Shown: one piece after another, positions 1-13,410 of the stretch
Position numbering within the stretch: the first letter of the stretch is position 1
Layout: every line of letters starts with the position of its first letter
Assembly (NCBI GenBank): GCA_036785375.1
Contig: JAWMAR010000160.1
Span: 4,278,001-4,342,000 of the forward strand
DNA: 64,000 bases
Reading direction: 5' to 3'
From: Leucoraja ocellata
Lineage: Eukaryota
Notes under the pieces: generated by a model
The model's database searches: none
The model's input: only the letters and a program-made list of their open reading frames with translations
Told to the model about the DNA's origin: nothing
Position numbers and translations under genes: made by a program

Positions 1-620
1 TTAGGGTCGAGACCTTTCAGACTGAGTCAGGGGGAGGGAATCAGATATTGAAGGGTAAGGTGTGAAAACGACAGATCAAAGCTGGTGATGATTAAGAATT
101 GTAGGTAGACAAAAGTGCTGGAGTAACTCAGCGGGACAGGCAGCATCTCTGGAGAGAAGGAATGGGTGATGCTTAGGGTCGAGACCCTTCTTCAGACTTT
201 GACCCGAAACGTCACCAATTCCTTCTCTCCAGAGATGCTGCCTGTCCTGCCGAGTTACTCCAGCATTTTGTGTCTACCTTTGATTTAAACTAGCATCTGC
301 AGTCCTTTCCAACACATAGAATGGCTCATTGTTGGCTATGGCGAAGGTGACAAGAAGGCATACAATCAGTAAAATTAATCAGTAGGACAGTGAAACGAGT
401 TGGAGAACTAGGGTTGGAGATAAAGGGAAAGCCACAGTTACTTGAAGTTAGAGAAATTAATATTCATACCGCTGGATTGTAAGCTTCCCAAGCGAAATAT
501 GAGGTGCTGTTCCTCCAATTGCATTGGGTCTCACTCTGGCAATGGAGGGGGCTCAGGACAGAATGAGAATGGGAAGGGGAGTGTTCAGCAACCGGGAGAT
601 CGTGTAGGCTTAGGCAAACT
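1..620 (-). mobile_element. Penelope-like element 3' fragment (GIY-YIG endonuclease C-terminus, 3' UTR, start of terminal repeat)
   Basis: The - strand of ~560-438 reads SVLSPLHCQSETQC/LEEQHLIFRLGSLQSSGMNINFSNFK* (one frameshift), resembling the C-terminus of PLE GIY-YIG domains. It continues to a decayed ctgaa..ggtctcgaccc motif at 1-25. Confidence 0.75.
101..316. mobile_element. Inverted pair of Penelope terminal-repeat fragments nested in the Penelope fragment
   Basis: gtagacaaaagtgctggagtaactcagcgggacaggcagcatctct (105-197) is followed by its reverse complement (200-316). Confidence 0.8.
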
Positions 621-1299
621 GGTGAGGGTGGTTTCACTCTAAAGGCATCTGTTCCACACTTCCCCCATTGTGGGTCTTCCCCATCACCTCAATGAGAGGC
701 AGCCACAGGATGTGCACAGAAAGATCCCAACAGTAAACATTGTCACAAACAACTTGCTTCCTTTCCTGGGTTCTTCAGCCCCTACCAGGGAGGATGGGTT
801 TGATGTCTCCGGATAAAGGCAGCATCCCGACAAAAAAAATATTCTTTGAGCAGAACCCAAATTCTCTGCTCCAGTGTGGGAGTGGAACCAATAGCTTGTT
901 TTGAAGACAATGTTCTCAAATCTCTGAAGGCTGACAGCTGGTCTGTTGGGGATTATAGCCTAAGAACAGATGGAGAGTGAAAAGAAACCAGATTACATCA
1001 TTTTGGCATTGGTTTAAGAAGGTCTTTCTAACAACATGGCCAATCATGTTTTAACTTTTAAACCTGCTCTGTAATGGGTATAGACATTTTGTGTAAGGCT
1101 GAGTTAGGAAAGCTTTGAAGTATGTTTCCAAGTCAACAGAGCATAGTATAGTTCATTGCCTAGGATTTTTACATAATCACTTTACTTTGCAATTCTTGTT
1201 AATTTGCGGAAAAGGATCTTTAGATTAATGAACAATAGGTGTTTTAGAGAGAGGTTGTGGTACACAACGTACAAATAAACATACATTATCTCTCATTGC

Positions 1300-2290
1300 A
1301 ATGAAGAGGCAGAACATGTAAATAATCGGCTGTGGTGTTAAATGAGAAATTGCAGAAAATTGATGTTTTGTATAAAGTGTTTTGGAGAAACTAGTGGGGA
1401 AACAGCAATCAACAAATTGCCACGACTTGATGATCTGCACCCAAAGATTTAAAAGAGATAGAGGCAGTGAATCTGCCAGATGAAATCTTCCAAAATTTAA
1501 TGGAACTCTAGAATGGTTCCCACACAATGGAACATAGCAATTTTAACACTGCTCCTTGAAGGACTACAGACCAGATTATCAGTGGTAAGGAAGATCTTTC
1601 ACTAAAGATATGCCTACAGGGCACTGTTTTAAAAGGAGATAAGGTTCAGTGCAAGTATTTGGATGACATGTTAGCCGTCACTGCATTAGAATTTGACTCC
1701 ATCTAACACTGATTTCAGTAATACTGCTTCTGGAAAATTGTATACACATATGATCACAATCTACGGAAGTATATACATACGATGAAGGGAGTGCAATTAT
1801 GATTTGCCACATGTTAAGCAGAGGCAGCTTAGACTTGGGTTTAGAAGAATGGGACAATCCATTGAAACATATTTTAAAAATTATTGAGGGTGTGTTCCCC
1901 AGTCTAGTTGGGTGAGGGCAAGAACAGAGCTGATCTTGAAATAAGGGACCTGATCATTCGGAACAGATGGAAAGAAGTCTATTTACCTTGAAACTATTGA
2001 ATTTTAGGAATTATCTACCCGGTTGCTGAATATATTAGGATGAAAATGAATCTACTTTTGGATATTCCGAGAGTCAATGGGTATGGGTTCTGTGCAAGAA
2101 AGTGGCACTGATGAGAAAAATATCATTTATGCTTGTATTGAATGGTGGGTCACAGCTGCTATTTCATGTGAATTTCATGAAATTCACAGGAGAATGGGCT
2201 AGAGAGGGACAAAATAGGTCAACCGTGTTTGAATGGCAGAGTAGACTCGATGGGCTGAATGGCCTAATTTGCGCCCATGTCTTATGATCT
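1300..2290 (+). mobile_element. Degraded CR1-type LINE fragments
   Basis: Decayed RT-region and 3' end motifs, ending in gatgggctgaatggcctaatttgcgcccatgtcttatgatct, the CR1 tail seen throughout the window. Confidence 0.55.
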
Positions 2291-3901
2291 TCTGTTATTA
2301 CAACTTGATTTATGTTTGCATGCTCACAATCTGCCTTTCTACATTCACCAAATTCAACAAGATTTTAATTGCCTCTAACTGCAGCTAACTGTCTTGAATT
2401 AATTTTTATTGTATGCTTTAGTGACTTTGGTAACCTTTATTCTGCGAATGCATAACTCTTAACATTGTGCTGTATGGTGTGAATGAGTTGCTGATGGGGC
2501 CTCAGTAATTAGTCAATTATTTGCCCTGTTTCTTCCTCTGACCTGGTCAAATCACCGTGATTAAAATACACAGCAGTCTCTCACAGCATCGGAGGACAAA
2601 CTAACAACACCGATGTAGATACCTTCATATGTAGCCACAAGATTCAAGTGATTCAAACTTGGTTCATATAGAATACGTACAGATTTTTATTCCATTGAGC
2701 TAGATTTGCAATATAATTCCAGGAATGGAAGAATGTTTAACCACACAATTGTTTTTAAATGTTATATAGGTTCTCGCGAGGTGAGTGTGATTAGGGTGGG
2801 GGTGAAACCATATATCAAATTAAAATCCATGTTCTTAGCTATTTTAATTACTGACATTCAAGATTTTTTACTTCTGATTACAGAAATGCAGCCATCAGCC
2901 ACAAATGGAAAGAGTAATTATTTCCAAAGTTCTTACCCAAAGGTTTCACCCATAACAAACTGGTGAAAATGTAACACCATTTATATTTGATTTGAGGACC
3001 ACTGTGTTCCATGGCCCACAATTTGGTGAAACACGTGTCATCCTTTCATGGTGACTTTTATGCTCTGTATTGGAAGCCATTGTACTCTGCCAGGAAGCCG
3101 CTGCCTGTGTGAGTTGGGTGTTGACTCGATTTAGGGGTAAAAGCTTGTTTGGAACTGATCTTATTGCTGCTACATTTTGCTGATTTCTGATTATAATTTA
3201 ATTGTGCATGTTTCATTTGAGAGTTTCATCTAAGTGTGGTGGTGCCTCTCTTGCTTAGTGGACCTGGCAACTTTAGACGCTTGTCTTTACCATCTGCATT
3301 CTTAAAAAACATTAGTTTCTGGCTTTCCTCTGTAGCTGACTTTAGTCTGGTTTAAGAAGCGGGTCGACAATGCTTCTTCTCCTTCTCCAGTGCTTATTCT
3401 TGTGTGGGTGTGGTTTATTTTTCTAATCAGACAACCTTGTTTCTAGCCCTGTGGAGCTTCTTCTGTTTCTCCTTTTGAAGGTGGAACAACTTGAAAGTCA
3501 AGCCCGGACTGGAATCTCGCGCCAGCCAGAGTGAAGAGGAATGATGGCTGTTAAAGGACCAATACTTTAGAAATTAATTATTCTCATTTCAAATCGAAAA
3601 ATCACAATAAAAGCTTACATTGGAAGAAAGACAAAATAACTTCTGTGAAATGTACATGATGAAAAAATAGCAAAGATGCCTATAATTAAAATAAGTCAAG
3701 TAAAATTACAATTAACTAGACATTTTCAACTACTACTGTGTTTGTTTACTGGAATTTGTGCAATATCAGTATTTTTATATGTTGACCAAAAATGATGGTC
3801 ACCAAGTCTGTGCCTCTATTTTGAAGCATTTTATTTGCCCCAACTTAAATTTTTTAAAGCAGAAATATATCTTGTTAGAGTATAAGACACTAGTGATTGG
3901 G

Positions 3902-3951
3902 ATTGAAGGATAGGTTGAGGCAGGTGGGACAGCCTCAACCTATCCTTCAAT
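3902..3951. repeat. Perfect 20-bp inverted repeat with 10-nt loop
   Basis: attgaaggataggttgaggc (3902-3921) and gcctcaacctatccttcaat (3932-3951). Confidence 0.95.
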
Positions 3952-5516
3952 GAAAAGCCAAAATTTTCATTTTCTGGAAGAAAAATTGTGTTTGATGGCC
4001 TCTTTTGGCCTTTAGTCCACTATGTTTAAAATTCTTGATTCTATTTTGAGGAAAGATGTTGAAACAAACCAAGACATTCATGTGGGTCATTGTGCTCCTG
4101 AGGTATTCATGCAAATATACAGTTCATTTGTGGTGGCATTTACTTGAAGCTGTTTGGTTTGTCCAGTTACTTACAGACTCCAGTATCAGTTGAGTGGAAA
4201 CTTGGTTTGGTTAAATATTATAGCTACAATTATTGTCTTCATTGTGTGCCACTGACTTACTTCTACACCCACTGGATATATTTTATTATTCATGTTTTAT
4301 GTGTAACTGTCACTGTATGTCATGTTGTCACTTGCGGGCGGAGCACCAAAGCAAATTCCTTGTATGTGAATACTTGGCCTATAAACTTATTTGTTCATTC
4401 ATACCCCTCTCCCCTGCAACTCCCAACACTAAGCCCAACTGTTACAATTTTTGTGCCCTATCTAATCCTGAGCTTCCAATCCTATGCTTTTTCCATCATT
4501 AGAATTGTCCTTGTCTATGTCTGTCTGCATTGTAAAACCTTCAGTTGAAAATCTCCATCTCTATTCAGCCTATATAAACGTAAACATCTGAAATCTTCCT
4601 CCTGGTTTCCTTGCATGCACGAACTCTTATTAACCCACCAATACTCCGTTTTAATGATCTACATTGGCTCTCAGTCCTGCAATAATGTGGTGTTTGCATA
4701 TTTAGCCTTGCTGTTTCCTGTTTCAATATTCTGATGCAGCCCTGCAACCCAGAATCTTTGCATTCCTGAACTCTAGCCTCTTGCACATTGCTGATTTCCT
4801 TTTGCACATCTATGTTGGCAATGCTTTAAGCTGTCGATGTCTTAAACTTTTACATTTAGTTATAAGATGTGATTCGAGTAAATTGCTGATGATGCATTCA
4901 TTCGCGTACTTTGTATGGCTGTTTGTTCTATTTTATCCAATAAACCTCTGTGACATTTGAACCTCTGTGACCATGTTAAAAGTACTTATTTTAAAAGGGT
5001 TATTTGTTTTATCGTCTAAACTGTTGGTAACTGTGCTGCTTTTTAAAAATTAAACTCCACTTTAGCTCTTTCTGGTGATATGACATATCTTTTATAAGAT
5101 GGTCATCATGATGGTATTGGGTAGACAAAAATGCTGGAGAAACTCAGCGGGTGAGGCAGAATCTATGGAGCGAAGGAAATAGGCAACGTTTCGGTTATTT
5201 TGTTTTGAATTCATAAATATTATTTTAATGATTGCAAACAGCTCATGATAACAGAGGCACATATCTGTCTTTGCTATGTCTGTACATGATAACCTTGCTG
5301 ATATTGCAGCTTTCTCAAGCCCTGTGACATGTAAATTATAACGTCGCCAACAATCGTGGTTAAACCCCTGTGCTCACTAGATGATGTTTACCACAATTTT
5401 CACTTGACTCTTTTAACAAATCTAGTGTTGTCATTTAGCTCGCATTTTATTCTGCACTATCATTTTGGCCAGTCTTGGCATATTGTAAGCCAGTGACTTA
5501 TTGCTGTTTAAATATA

Positions 5517-5775
5517 CAGGTTCGAATCTAACCTTGGGGGCTGTCTGTGCGGAGTTTGCGCGTTCTCCCTGTGATCATGTTTCCTCTGGGTGCTGTGGTC
5601 TCCTCCCACATCCAAAAGATGTGCGGGTTTGTAGGTTAATTGGCCTGTGTAAATTGTCCCTAGTGTGATGAAAGTGGACGAGAAAGCGGGATAACAGAAC
5701 TAGTATTGATGGCCAGCGTGGACCCAGTGAGCAAAAGGACCTGTTCCCTTACTGTATCTCTAAATTAAACTAAAT
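5517..5775 (+). mobile_element. V-SINE/HE1-type tRNA-derived SINE (5' truncated)
   Basis: B-box ggttcgaatc, V-domain gctgtctgtgcggagtttgcgcgttctccctgtg, LINE-like tail ctgtatctctaaattaaact. Confidence 0.8.
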
Positions 5776-5814
5776 TCATGGCAAAAATGCTGCAGCTGAC
5801 ATATTGCATCTTTT

Positions 5815-6140
5815 TGAATTGAATTGAATTTATTTGTCATTCAAAAAAAAAAATTGAATGAAATGTCGTTACCATACACTCATAACAATAAAAAGCAAAC
5901 AAAACACACAATTACATAAATTTAACATAATCATCCATTACAGTGACTCTACTCCAGGCACCTCCTCACTGTGATGGAAGGTAAAAAAAGTCTTATCTCT
6001 TCCTTGCTTCTTCTCCCCGCGATCAGGCAGTCAAACTGCTGCGTCAAGGCTATCGAGGCTCCCGATATTGAAGGAAGATCCCGCTGCTGAGCCAAGCCAG
6101 GCGAAGAAAAGTCCTGCGAACGGGCCGATTCAAGCCTTTC
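5815..6140 (-). mobile_element. Non-LTR-derived repeat family with GC-rich body
   Basis: Shares cctcactgtgatggaagg...cttct with 6500-6675 and 42360-42740; the ccccgcg body is shared only with the 42360 copy. Confidence 0.55.
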
Positions 6141-9100
6141 ACTCATTTATCAGTTTTACTTGATCTGTGGATAGTGCTGTAAAATTTGTGATCATCATAT
6201 TTGTTGATAAAGTGTTTGTTCTGCAAGTTGTAAAGAGCTTAGATTTGTGCTGACAGTAAACAGTTGGCTATGACATGTGATGTCCCGTAGGTGGCAGTCT
6301 TGTTCCAAAGTTACTCTATTTCATTCAAACCTGGCATCTTTCTGGGATTATTAAGAATTAAATTTGGTTTTTGCAGATAGAACGTGGTAATTTTAAATGT
6401 TCAGTTGATTTATGTCACACCTTTTATAAGCTCTTTTCTCCATTTGCAAACTAGCAGCAAAATTGTATAAATGTAATGTTCAAGTTTCAAGATTTCACGG
6501 TCAGTTTATTTACGTGTACCAATTAAGGTACAGTGAAATACAAATGAACATACAGCCATACTAAAAAAAACATGACACACAACTACATAAAAGTTAACAT
6601 AAACATCCACCACAGTGGATTCCCCACATTCCTCACTGTGATGGAAGGCAATAAAGTCCAATCTTCTTCCTCTTTGTGTTACCAATTCAAGGGTTGTGTT
6701 TATTTCTGGTGCACTGATAATTATTTGCAAAATAGGAAGGAGGAGGTGATGATACCAGGTTCAGTTGTTATGGCATTGACCATAGGTTAGCTGTAGCACT
6801 GCACATTGAGCTGAATAAGAGTTGCATTGTTATAGAGGGCAAGGGTATTGATCTTGTGAGAACATTTCCAGTGCATTGGCATTTGATACTGAAAGCTGCT
6901 TGCTGTATTAAATGGTGTAGCGATGCAATGCATTCTCTCCCATTTGAAACTTGACACTGCTACTTGTCCAGACTGCAAATGAAGTCATAGGGGAATGCAT
7001 TCTGGATGACGTCCAACACTCCCCACTGCTTGTAACGCTTGTTGCTTGCTTTCCCTGATCATTTTCTTGGCTGCAATGCATTATCATTTAAACCTTTCTC
7101 CCTCATCACCTCTATTTCTCTAGGTTTCTGTAACTGGGTTGCTACTAATTTGGCACGGGCAGGAGGACATCTGGTATTTTAGCTGGGAATAGTAATCTAA
7201 TTTCTTGATGTTTAAGGAAATGGGAATGAGAAATTGGGGTACATCAAGGTCATATTTAAATAGCGAAGGAAAGATTATGTGAACCTCTAGTAGAAGCAAG
7301 GAAAGCTGTACCATGGAACTTTGGAATGCTAGGTTTTAGGCTGAACAAAATAGAGAACAAGTGTGACAATGAGAAAGGAAATCAGTTGAACTTGGGTCAA
7401 TGTAATGTCATTACTAGGCTGGGAGATGCCACTAGTGATAATAGGGATGTTCAGTAATCCAGCTGACCATCATAAACTTGCTGGGGTAACTCAGCAGGTC
7501 AGGCACCATCTCAGCAGGACATGGATCAATAGCCTTCTCCAATCTGAAGAAGGTTTCCAACTCAAAACTTCACCTATCCATGTTGTCTAGTGATGCTGCC
7601 TGACCCACTGTGTTACTCCAGCACTTTTCTTTGTAAACCAGAATCTGAAGTTCTGTGTGTCATCGTAAATTTGCTACAGGCCAACTATTTCCCTCGGTAA
7701 AAAGGGGAAAAGCAAGTGGCTTTGTAACAATAACACTAAAAACCTGTCATAGCAATTAGCTTTTTACCACGCTGATTAATTCTTTTCGGTAATTATTTAT
7801 TAAATAATGTTGAAACGTGATGGGTGATTTGGGGATTCAACCTAGGATAGTCTTTGAATTGATATCACTTGCATCAGTTCAACCTTGCTGGGCTGATCAA
7901 GGTACTTGATGTTCACAACAAAAAAACTAATGGTCGCAGCACCCTTTTCTCCATTTTCACAAAGCCCTTGATATCATTTCTCATCCCCTTGGTCCTGATG
8001 TTTGGCTGTCGTGAGGATTATAAATGTTCAGGTTTATGATCTGCTCTGCGTGAAGTTCGACAAAGTATAGTGCAATACATCTTTTGAGGTGCAAATTACC
8101 CCCAACATCGGGGCGTACTTTCTTTTACCTTTTTTGTGACGCAGTCTTGCAAGGGCTTGTATTTTGTGATAGTGCCACGCAATATTTCTCCAGAGAACAA
8201 AAGTGAAATCCAATTTCCTGGCACCTACTCCTTGCCCACATCTCCTTCTTGATATTCTTGTCATGCTGCTGCAAGTAGAAATTTCATTGTTCCATTTTGG
8301 TACATATAACAATAAAACACTCTTGACTCTTGTCTACTGGGATCTATGAAAATGTATCACTCCTTGAAACAGCTTGAAATCTGTACCTTGCCCTTTTCCC
8401 TCAATTTCAGCTTTTTGAATGTCACATTTTTACATATATATACATGTTCATCTTGACTATTTCTCAACATTGTTGGTGACTGTGTTAATGGAAAAGAGCA
8501 GTTTAGTTTAGTTGAGTATATAAAGGCTAACCTTACACAAAAATAATAACCATACACAAAAATAATAAAACAAAGCTGGGAAAGGAGGAATCTGCTTTAC
8601 CGTACACGGGCTTCTTGGATTCATGAGCAATACTGTGAAATGATAGCTAGAATTTATACCAAAAAAATATGTTTTCAAGAGAGAGTTAGATTTAGCTCTT
8701 AGAGTGCTGATTTTGGATGCAGCCATGATCACATTGAATGGCGGTGCTGGCTCGACTGGCTGAATGGCCTACTCCTGCACCTATTTTTCTATGTTTCTAT
8801 ATTAAGGGGGTAGGAAAAATGTAGATGTAGTAGTTATGCCACAAGCATGAAAGGTTAAATAGCCTCTACCCAGAGTGAATGGGATGTGGAGCTAGTTAAA
8901 TAACAATATCCTTATACAAAATATCCTTATGCAAAATCTGAAATAGCAAAGCTAGCTAATATTTTAGAGGTGCGTGTACTTTTCTGACTGTTTACTCATT
9001 ATAAAGGGATTAAATTGTATTTAAATTAACGGAAGTGGTTTAGATGTCAGGAAGCAAGACTCTCCAGAGGATCCGGTTCCAGGTGGTTAGTGGCAAATCT

Positions 9101-11765
9101 AATTTACTAAATTCCTCATATTAAAGAATATTTTAATTGTCTAGGGAGGAAATGGTCTTAGACTTCTACAAAGGTAGATTTCACAGAGAATTGTCAAAGC
9201 TGGAGTAATTATGAACACCTAAATGATGAGTCAGAGGAATTTTCCAAGTTTTATTTTTGCATATTTTCCAGGAAGTTGCAATCTGTTGGGATAGGTTACT
9301 GAATATAGTAATGTAGGATGCAGTGGGTCTTCTGCTTGTTAGTTATAACTCGTGTGATGACTTCCTTAATCTTGATAATTGACTACATCCCCATATCTTT
9401 CTGCAACCAGGTCGGAAAACAACTATTATTTACCATTTTAGAGATTCCGTGGATTCTGTTTTGCATTCCACTTGTCACATTAACACTTGTTTGTTAAAGT
9501 AATATTTTGCCCCTTGTGATCTTATGGTCAGCAAAGCTTGTGTCTCCCATAAGTCATGTTGTACCATCAGCTTTTCTCGCATGCAGGCTATATATAAAGA
9601 AAGTTAACAAGTTTGAGTTGGGGGTTTAGTGCATGTAATAAACAGATAAGGTGAATTTGGAGCAGGAGTGGGCAGAGATTAGGAGGGAGGAAGTTGTGTA
9701 AACATGACAGATGATGTTTGGGGCTAGGTTAAGAGATGATAATGAATATAGATTTGGCTATTTAACAGATAGAGTTTGGCCTCATCAAATTCTACCTGAT
9801 TTTGCTAAACTTTATCCCAATATCACCAGCACGCAAATATAAGCTTTTGGCTCCCGATTCCTACTCGTACTAACTATTACTGCTAATCGAAGGTGGAGGC
9901 GCTCCTTAAGGAGGGATAAGTCCATGAGGTGTGAAGAAGGAAATGTGTTGGAGGGTGCTTCCTTTATCTTTTCTCTGCGACTGTTTTCCTGTGATATGGA
10001 CGTGTGATTGCCTGAGAGAGTGTAGAATTGGACTTGGCTGTGATGCCGAAACGGAATAATTTTCAGGCACATTCTGGGGCACTCTTTATTAGGCAATATT
10101 CTTCATGTATGCACTTGTAGAACACTCTGATCTGGAAAAGCTAGTGCAGTAACTGTACATATATTTGGTGGGGTCTACTGAGGAACAGTGCTGCAATTCT
10201 AGAAGGATTTCATAAGAACTTCGCAAAATGGCAGGGCAAGATGGAGAGAATATTTCCCCTCAATGAATCAAAATGTTCTATTTAATGGTTGGCTCATCTA
10301 AATGATTTTTCTCATTTCTAGTTTTTAACACATTTGTATTATTGTTATCTGTGAGATTCTCATGGATCAGAACAAAACATTTTGGGAGTGAGGCACCAAT
10401 TATCAGCTCAAGTTCTAGTTATAAAATATTTAATGGCAGGCAGATGGTGAACATCAAGGAGAAAGTGCATTGGGGAGGGGGGGGGAATTAAAAACTTTGA
10501 TTTATCCATGGGTTGGGAGTAGGAGAAAGAAAAAATGGCATGGTGATTGCTATCCAGGAAGCAAAGACTGCAACCACATAGTTCAGCACCTTGTCTTCTC
10601 TATGGGTATGTTGCAGTGTTGAGCTCAACAATTTCTGGTAAATGGCTTTTCCTGGCCAATTCTGATACAAGGCCATCCATCTCTAACATTCACTCATTTG
10701 TTATATTTCCACAGATGCTGCCTGATCTGCAGGGTGTTTCCAGAAAGTTTATGTTTGATTTTCTGCCAGCATGTTTCTTTTCACTGTCGGCCAGCAATGT
10801 AGTTACATTACCAGGACAACCTTGTCTCCACCCTATTGCATATATTTTCCCTCCACCCTGTATTACAAAGTAAAATCAACATTGTTTCTTATAACAGATC
10901 TGATGTTGGATCAATGACCTGAAAAGTTTACATTTCTCTCTTTGTTTTCATGCACACGCACACACTCTCTTAAATGGAAAATAGTATGTTTGGATGAAGA
11001 GTACACATCCTGCAAAGCTGTATGAATTACTGCTGCTTTAATGTTAGTGCTTTTTCTCCATTTACTTTAGCAAATGTTTTATGTTTTCAGAAAAATATTA
11101 TGCATCCAGAGACCTGAAAACTGGATGCTTTTTTCCTAACATGTAATTTTCAGTTGTGCACCGATAGTTCTTGCTTTAATTGAATTTGCAGGCAGGTGCA
11201 TTGTCAGACTGGTTCCCTATGGTTTATTCCTCCAGTGGCAGCACTTTTTTACTTTCACCTATTGCTACTTATGTGAACAGAGCACAGAAGAGCTGGTCAA
11301 ATAATAGCATCAAAAGAATTGATACAGGGAGAAGCAAGATGACAGAAGCCTGGTGTTGTCATAACAAATGTGGGAAATTGAGTATTACGCTTTATGACAG
11401 GATCGCAAGTTATTAGGCTGAAACAAAATCTGAATTTGCTGCAAACACTCTGCAAGGCAGGCAGCATTTGCACTCTGGGCCAAGTTTTGCAAAGCATCCA
11501 GGACCTAGAAATGTGTTTGCACTGTGCCAAAGAATGGTCTTCTGCAGTTGAAAAAATGCATCCAAATGGAGTGACACAATCTTACAGTTCTTACTGCCTT
11601 AATGTCCACTGCTAGCCTTGTCCATGTAACAGTGGGACTCTTCCCCATTGTCAAACTTGCCTGAATGTCAACAAGATTTACAGTTGTTAGTCATGAAAAA
11701 TAACTGCCACTGTTCACTTAGATATTCCGGCTTTCATTAAAGCTAAAGGTTCAAATAATATGTAA

Positions 11766-11862
11766 AGGTAGACTAAAATGCTGGAGAAACTCAGCGGGTG
11801 AGGCAGCATCTATGGAGCGAAGGAATAGGTGGCGTTTTGGGTCGTCCCCCTTCTTCAGACTG
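11766..11862 (-). mobile_element. Penelope terminal-repeat fragment (decayed hammerhead core)
   Basis: ggtagactaaaatgctggagaaactcagcgggtgaggcagcatctat...cccttcttcagactg. Related copies lie at 5121, 13455 and 16012. Confidence 0.75.
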
Positions 11863-12669
11863 ATGTGATATTATAAACAACATTTATAATATATAAATGT
11901 CAATCATATTAAAGCAGCATTCGCAACCAGGCCTAATATAAGGGCTCTATACCCAATTTCCTGTTCACCTAGGCTTCATTGGAATCCACTCTTCTCAGAA
12001 GTAATCTCCACAGAGGCTGTGTTTCCATGAGCTAGCCTTCATTTATATTTGACCTAAATCATGACGTATAAGCTTGCATGGCTCTCACAGTCAAGGTCAC
12101 TCTCACTCTTCTAGTCTTGGGCTCATGCCCAGCGTGCAGCTGTTGATATACGCTGTATATCACTATTTGCTACTTGCCACTTTGCAGTAATCATTGGCAG
12201 TCTCGGGCCATTTTAGCTTTTCACATGCCACAAAATCAAACATGGTGATTTGCTGCCACCATAGACTTTGCTCTATTTAGCCATTGTCAATGCATCTTCC
12301 GACTTCAAAGTAAATAACAGCATGGGACCATGTTATCTGTGTGGCCAATCCCAGCAATGTTGCAAGCTCACCTAAACATTTTAGTCAATTGCAGCTGCCT
12401 TTTGTTGGATGTCATCCTGTCCTGAAACCTGCATTTTGGACTAGGATAATCCCAACTCGCCTGGCTAAATGCACTGCCATAGCCCAAACTCACCAGATGA
12501 GTAATGCCTCAATCACAGCCACTGCCATTTGGTTGGTGGATAAACCCAAATGGATTGTTCAAAATGGAAATGTCCCTGCCTTTGGCAGAGCAGTACAGTA
12601 CTCAAAACGGACAAGCTGCCACCCATAGCCTAGAATCAGTAAGGATAGGCCACAAAAAATGTTCAACGA

Positions 12670-13410
12670 TAATTCTCAACACCTGTGTCCTGCTAAGATG
12701 CGTTATATGCCCCTTACTGTACTCCCTCACACACTCATAATTGTGTGGCCAATCCTGCTCTTAACTCCATTTACAAATTTGCAGGCGACACCACCATAGT
12801 GGGCCAGATCTCAAACTATGACAAAATAGGAGTACAGTGATGAGAGAACTTAGTAACATGGTGTCAAGACAGCAACCTGTTCCTTAAAGTCAGCAAAATG
12901 AAGGAGCTAGTTATTAATTTCAGGAAAGTAAATGGTGTACATGCCCCAATGGTGTTGATCTGCAGATGGACGTGTTTTCACGTTACTTGTAATAAATATC
13001 ACCAACAATTTATCCTGATTCAACCACAGCAAGGAAAGTACACCGACGCTTCTATTTCCTCAGAAGACAAAGGAAGTCAAACGTGGCCCCAATGATTCTT
13101 GTCGGGATACATCACAGCTTGGTTTGGCAACAGCTCTGCCCAAGAGTGCAAGAAATTGCAGTTATGGATGTAGTTCAGTCCATCACAGAAAGGATCCTCC
13201 TTCTCCACCCCCCCATTGACTCCATCTACACTTCACTGCCTCAGGAAAACAGCCAACATAATGAAGAACCATTTGCACTCCGATCATTCCTTTTCGCCCT
13301 TCAATTATTTGGGCAGAAGATTAAAAAAATCTTGAAAGTAGCTACCACCAGATTCAGGAACAGCTTCTTCCTCACTGTCATCAGACTGTTGAACAGAATT
13401 CTCATAAGCT
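12670..13410 (+). mobile_element. Rex1/Babar-like LINE reverse transcriptase and 3' fragment (pseudogenised)
   Basis: Reads CVICPLLYSL.TH...SIYKFAGDTTIVG (FADD-like motif), KELVINFRK and TTRFRNSFFLTVIRLLN. Confidence 0.75.

Noticed and set aside
3230-3560. Lys/Glu-rich - strand stretch that looked coding
   Set aside because: Multiple stops in the frame examined and no recognisable domain or splice structure.
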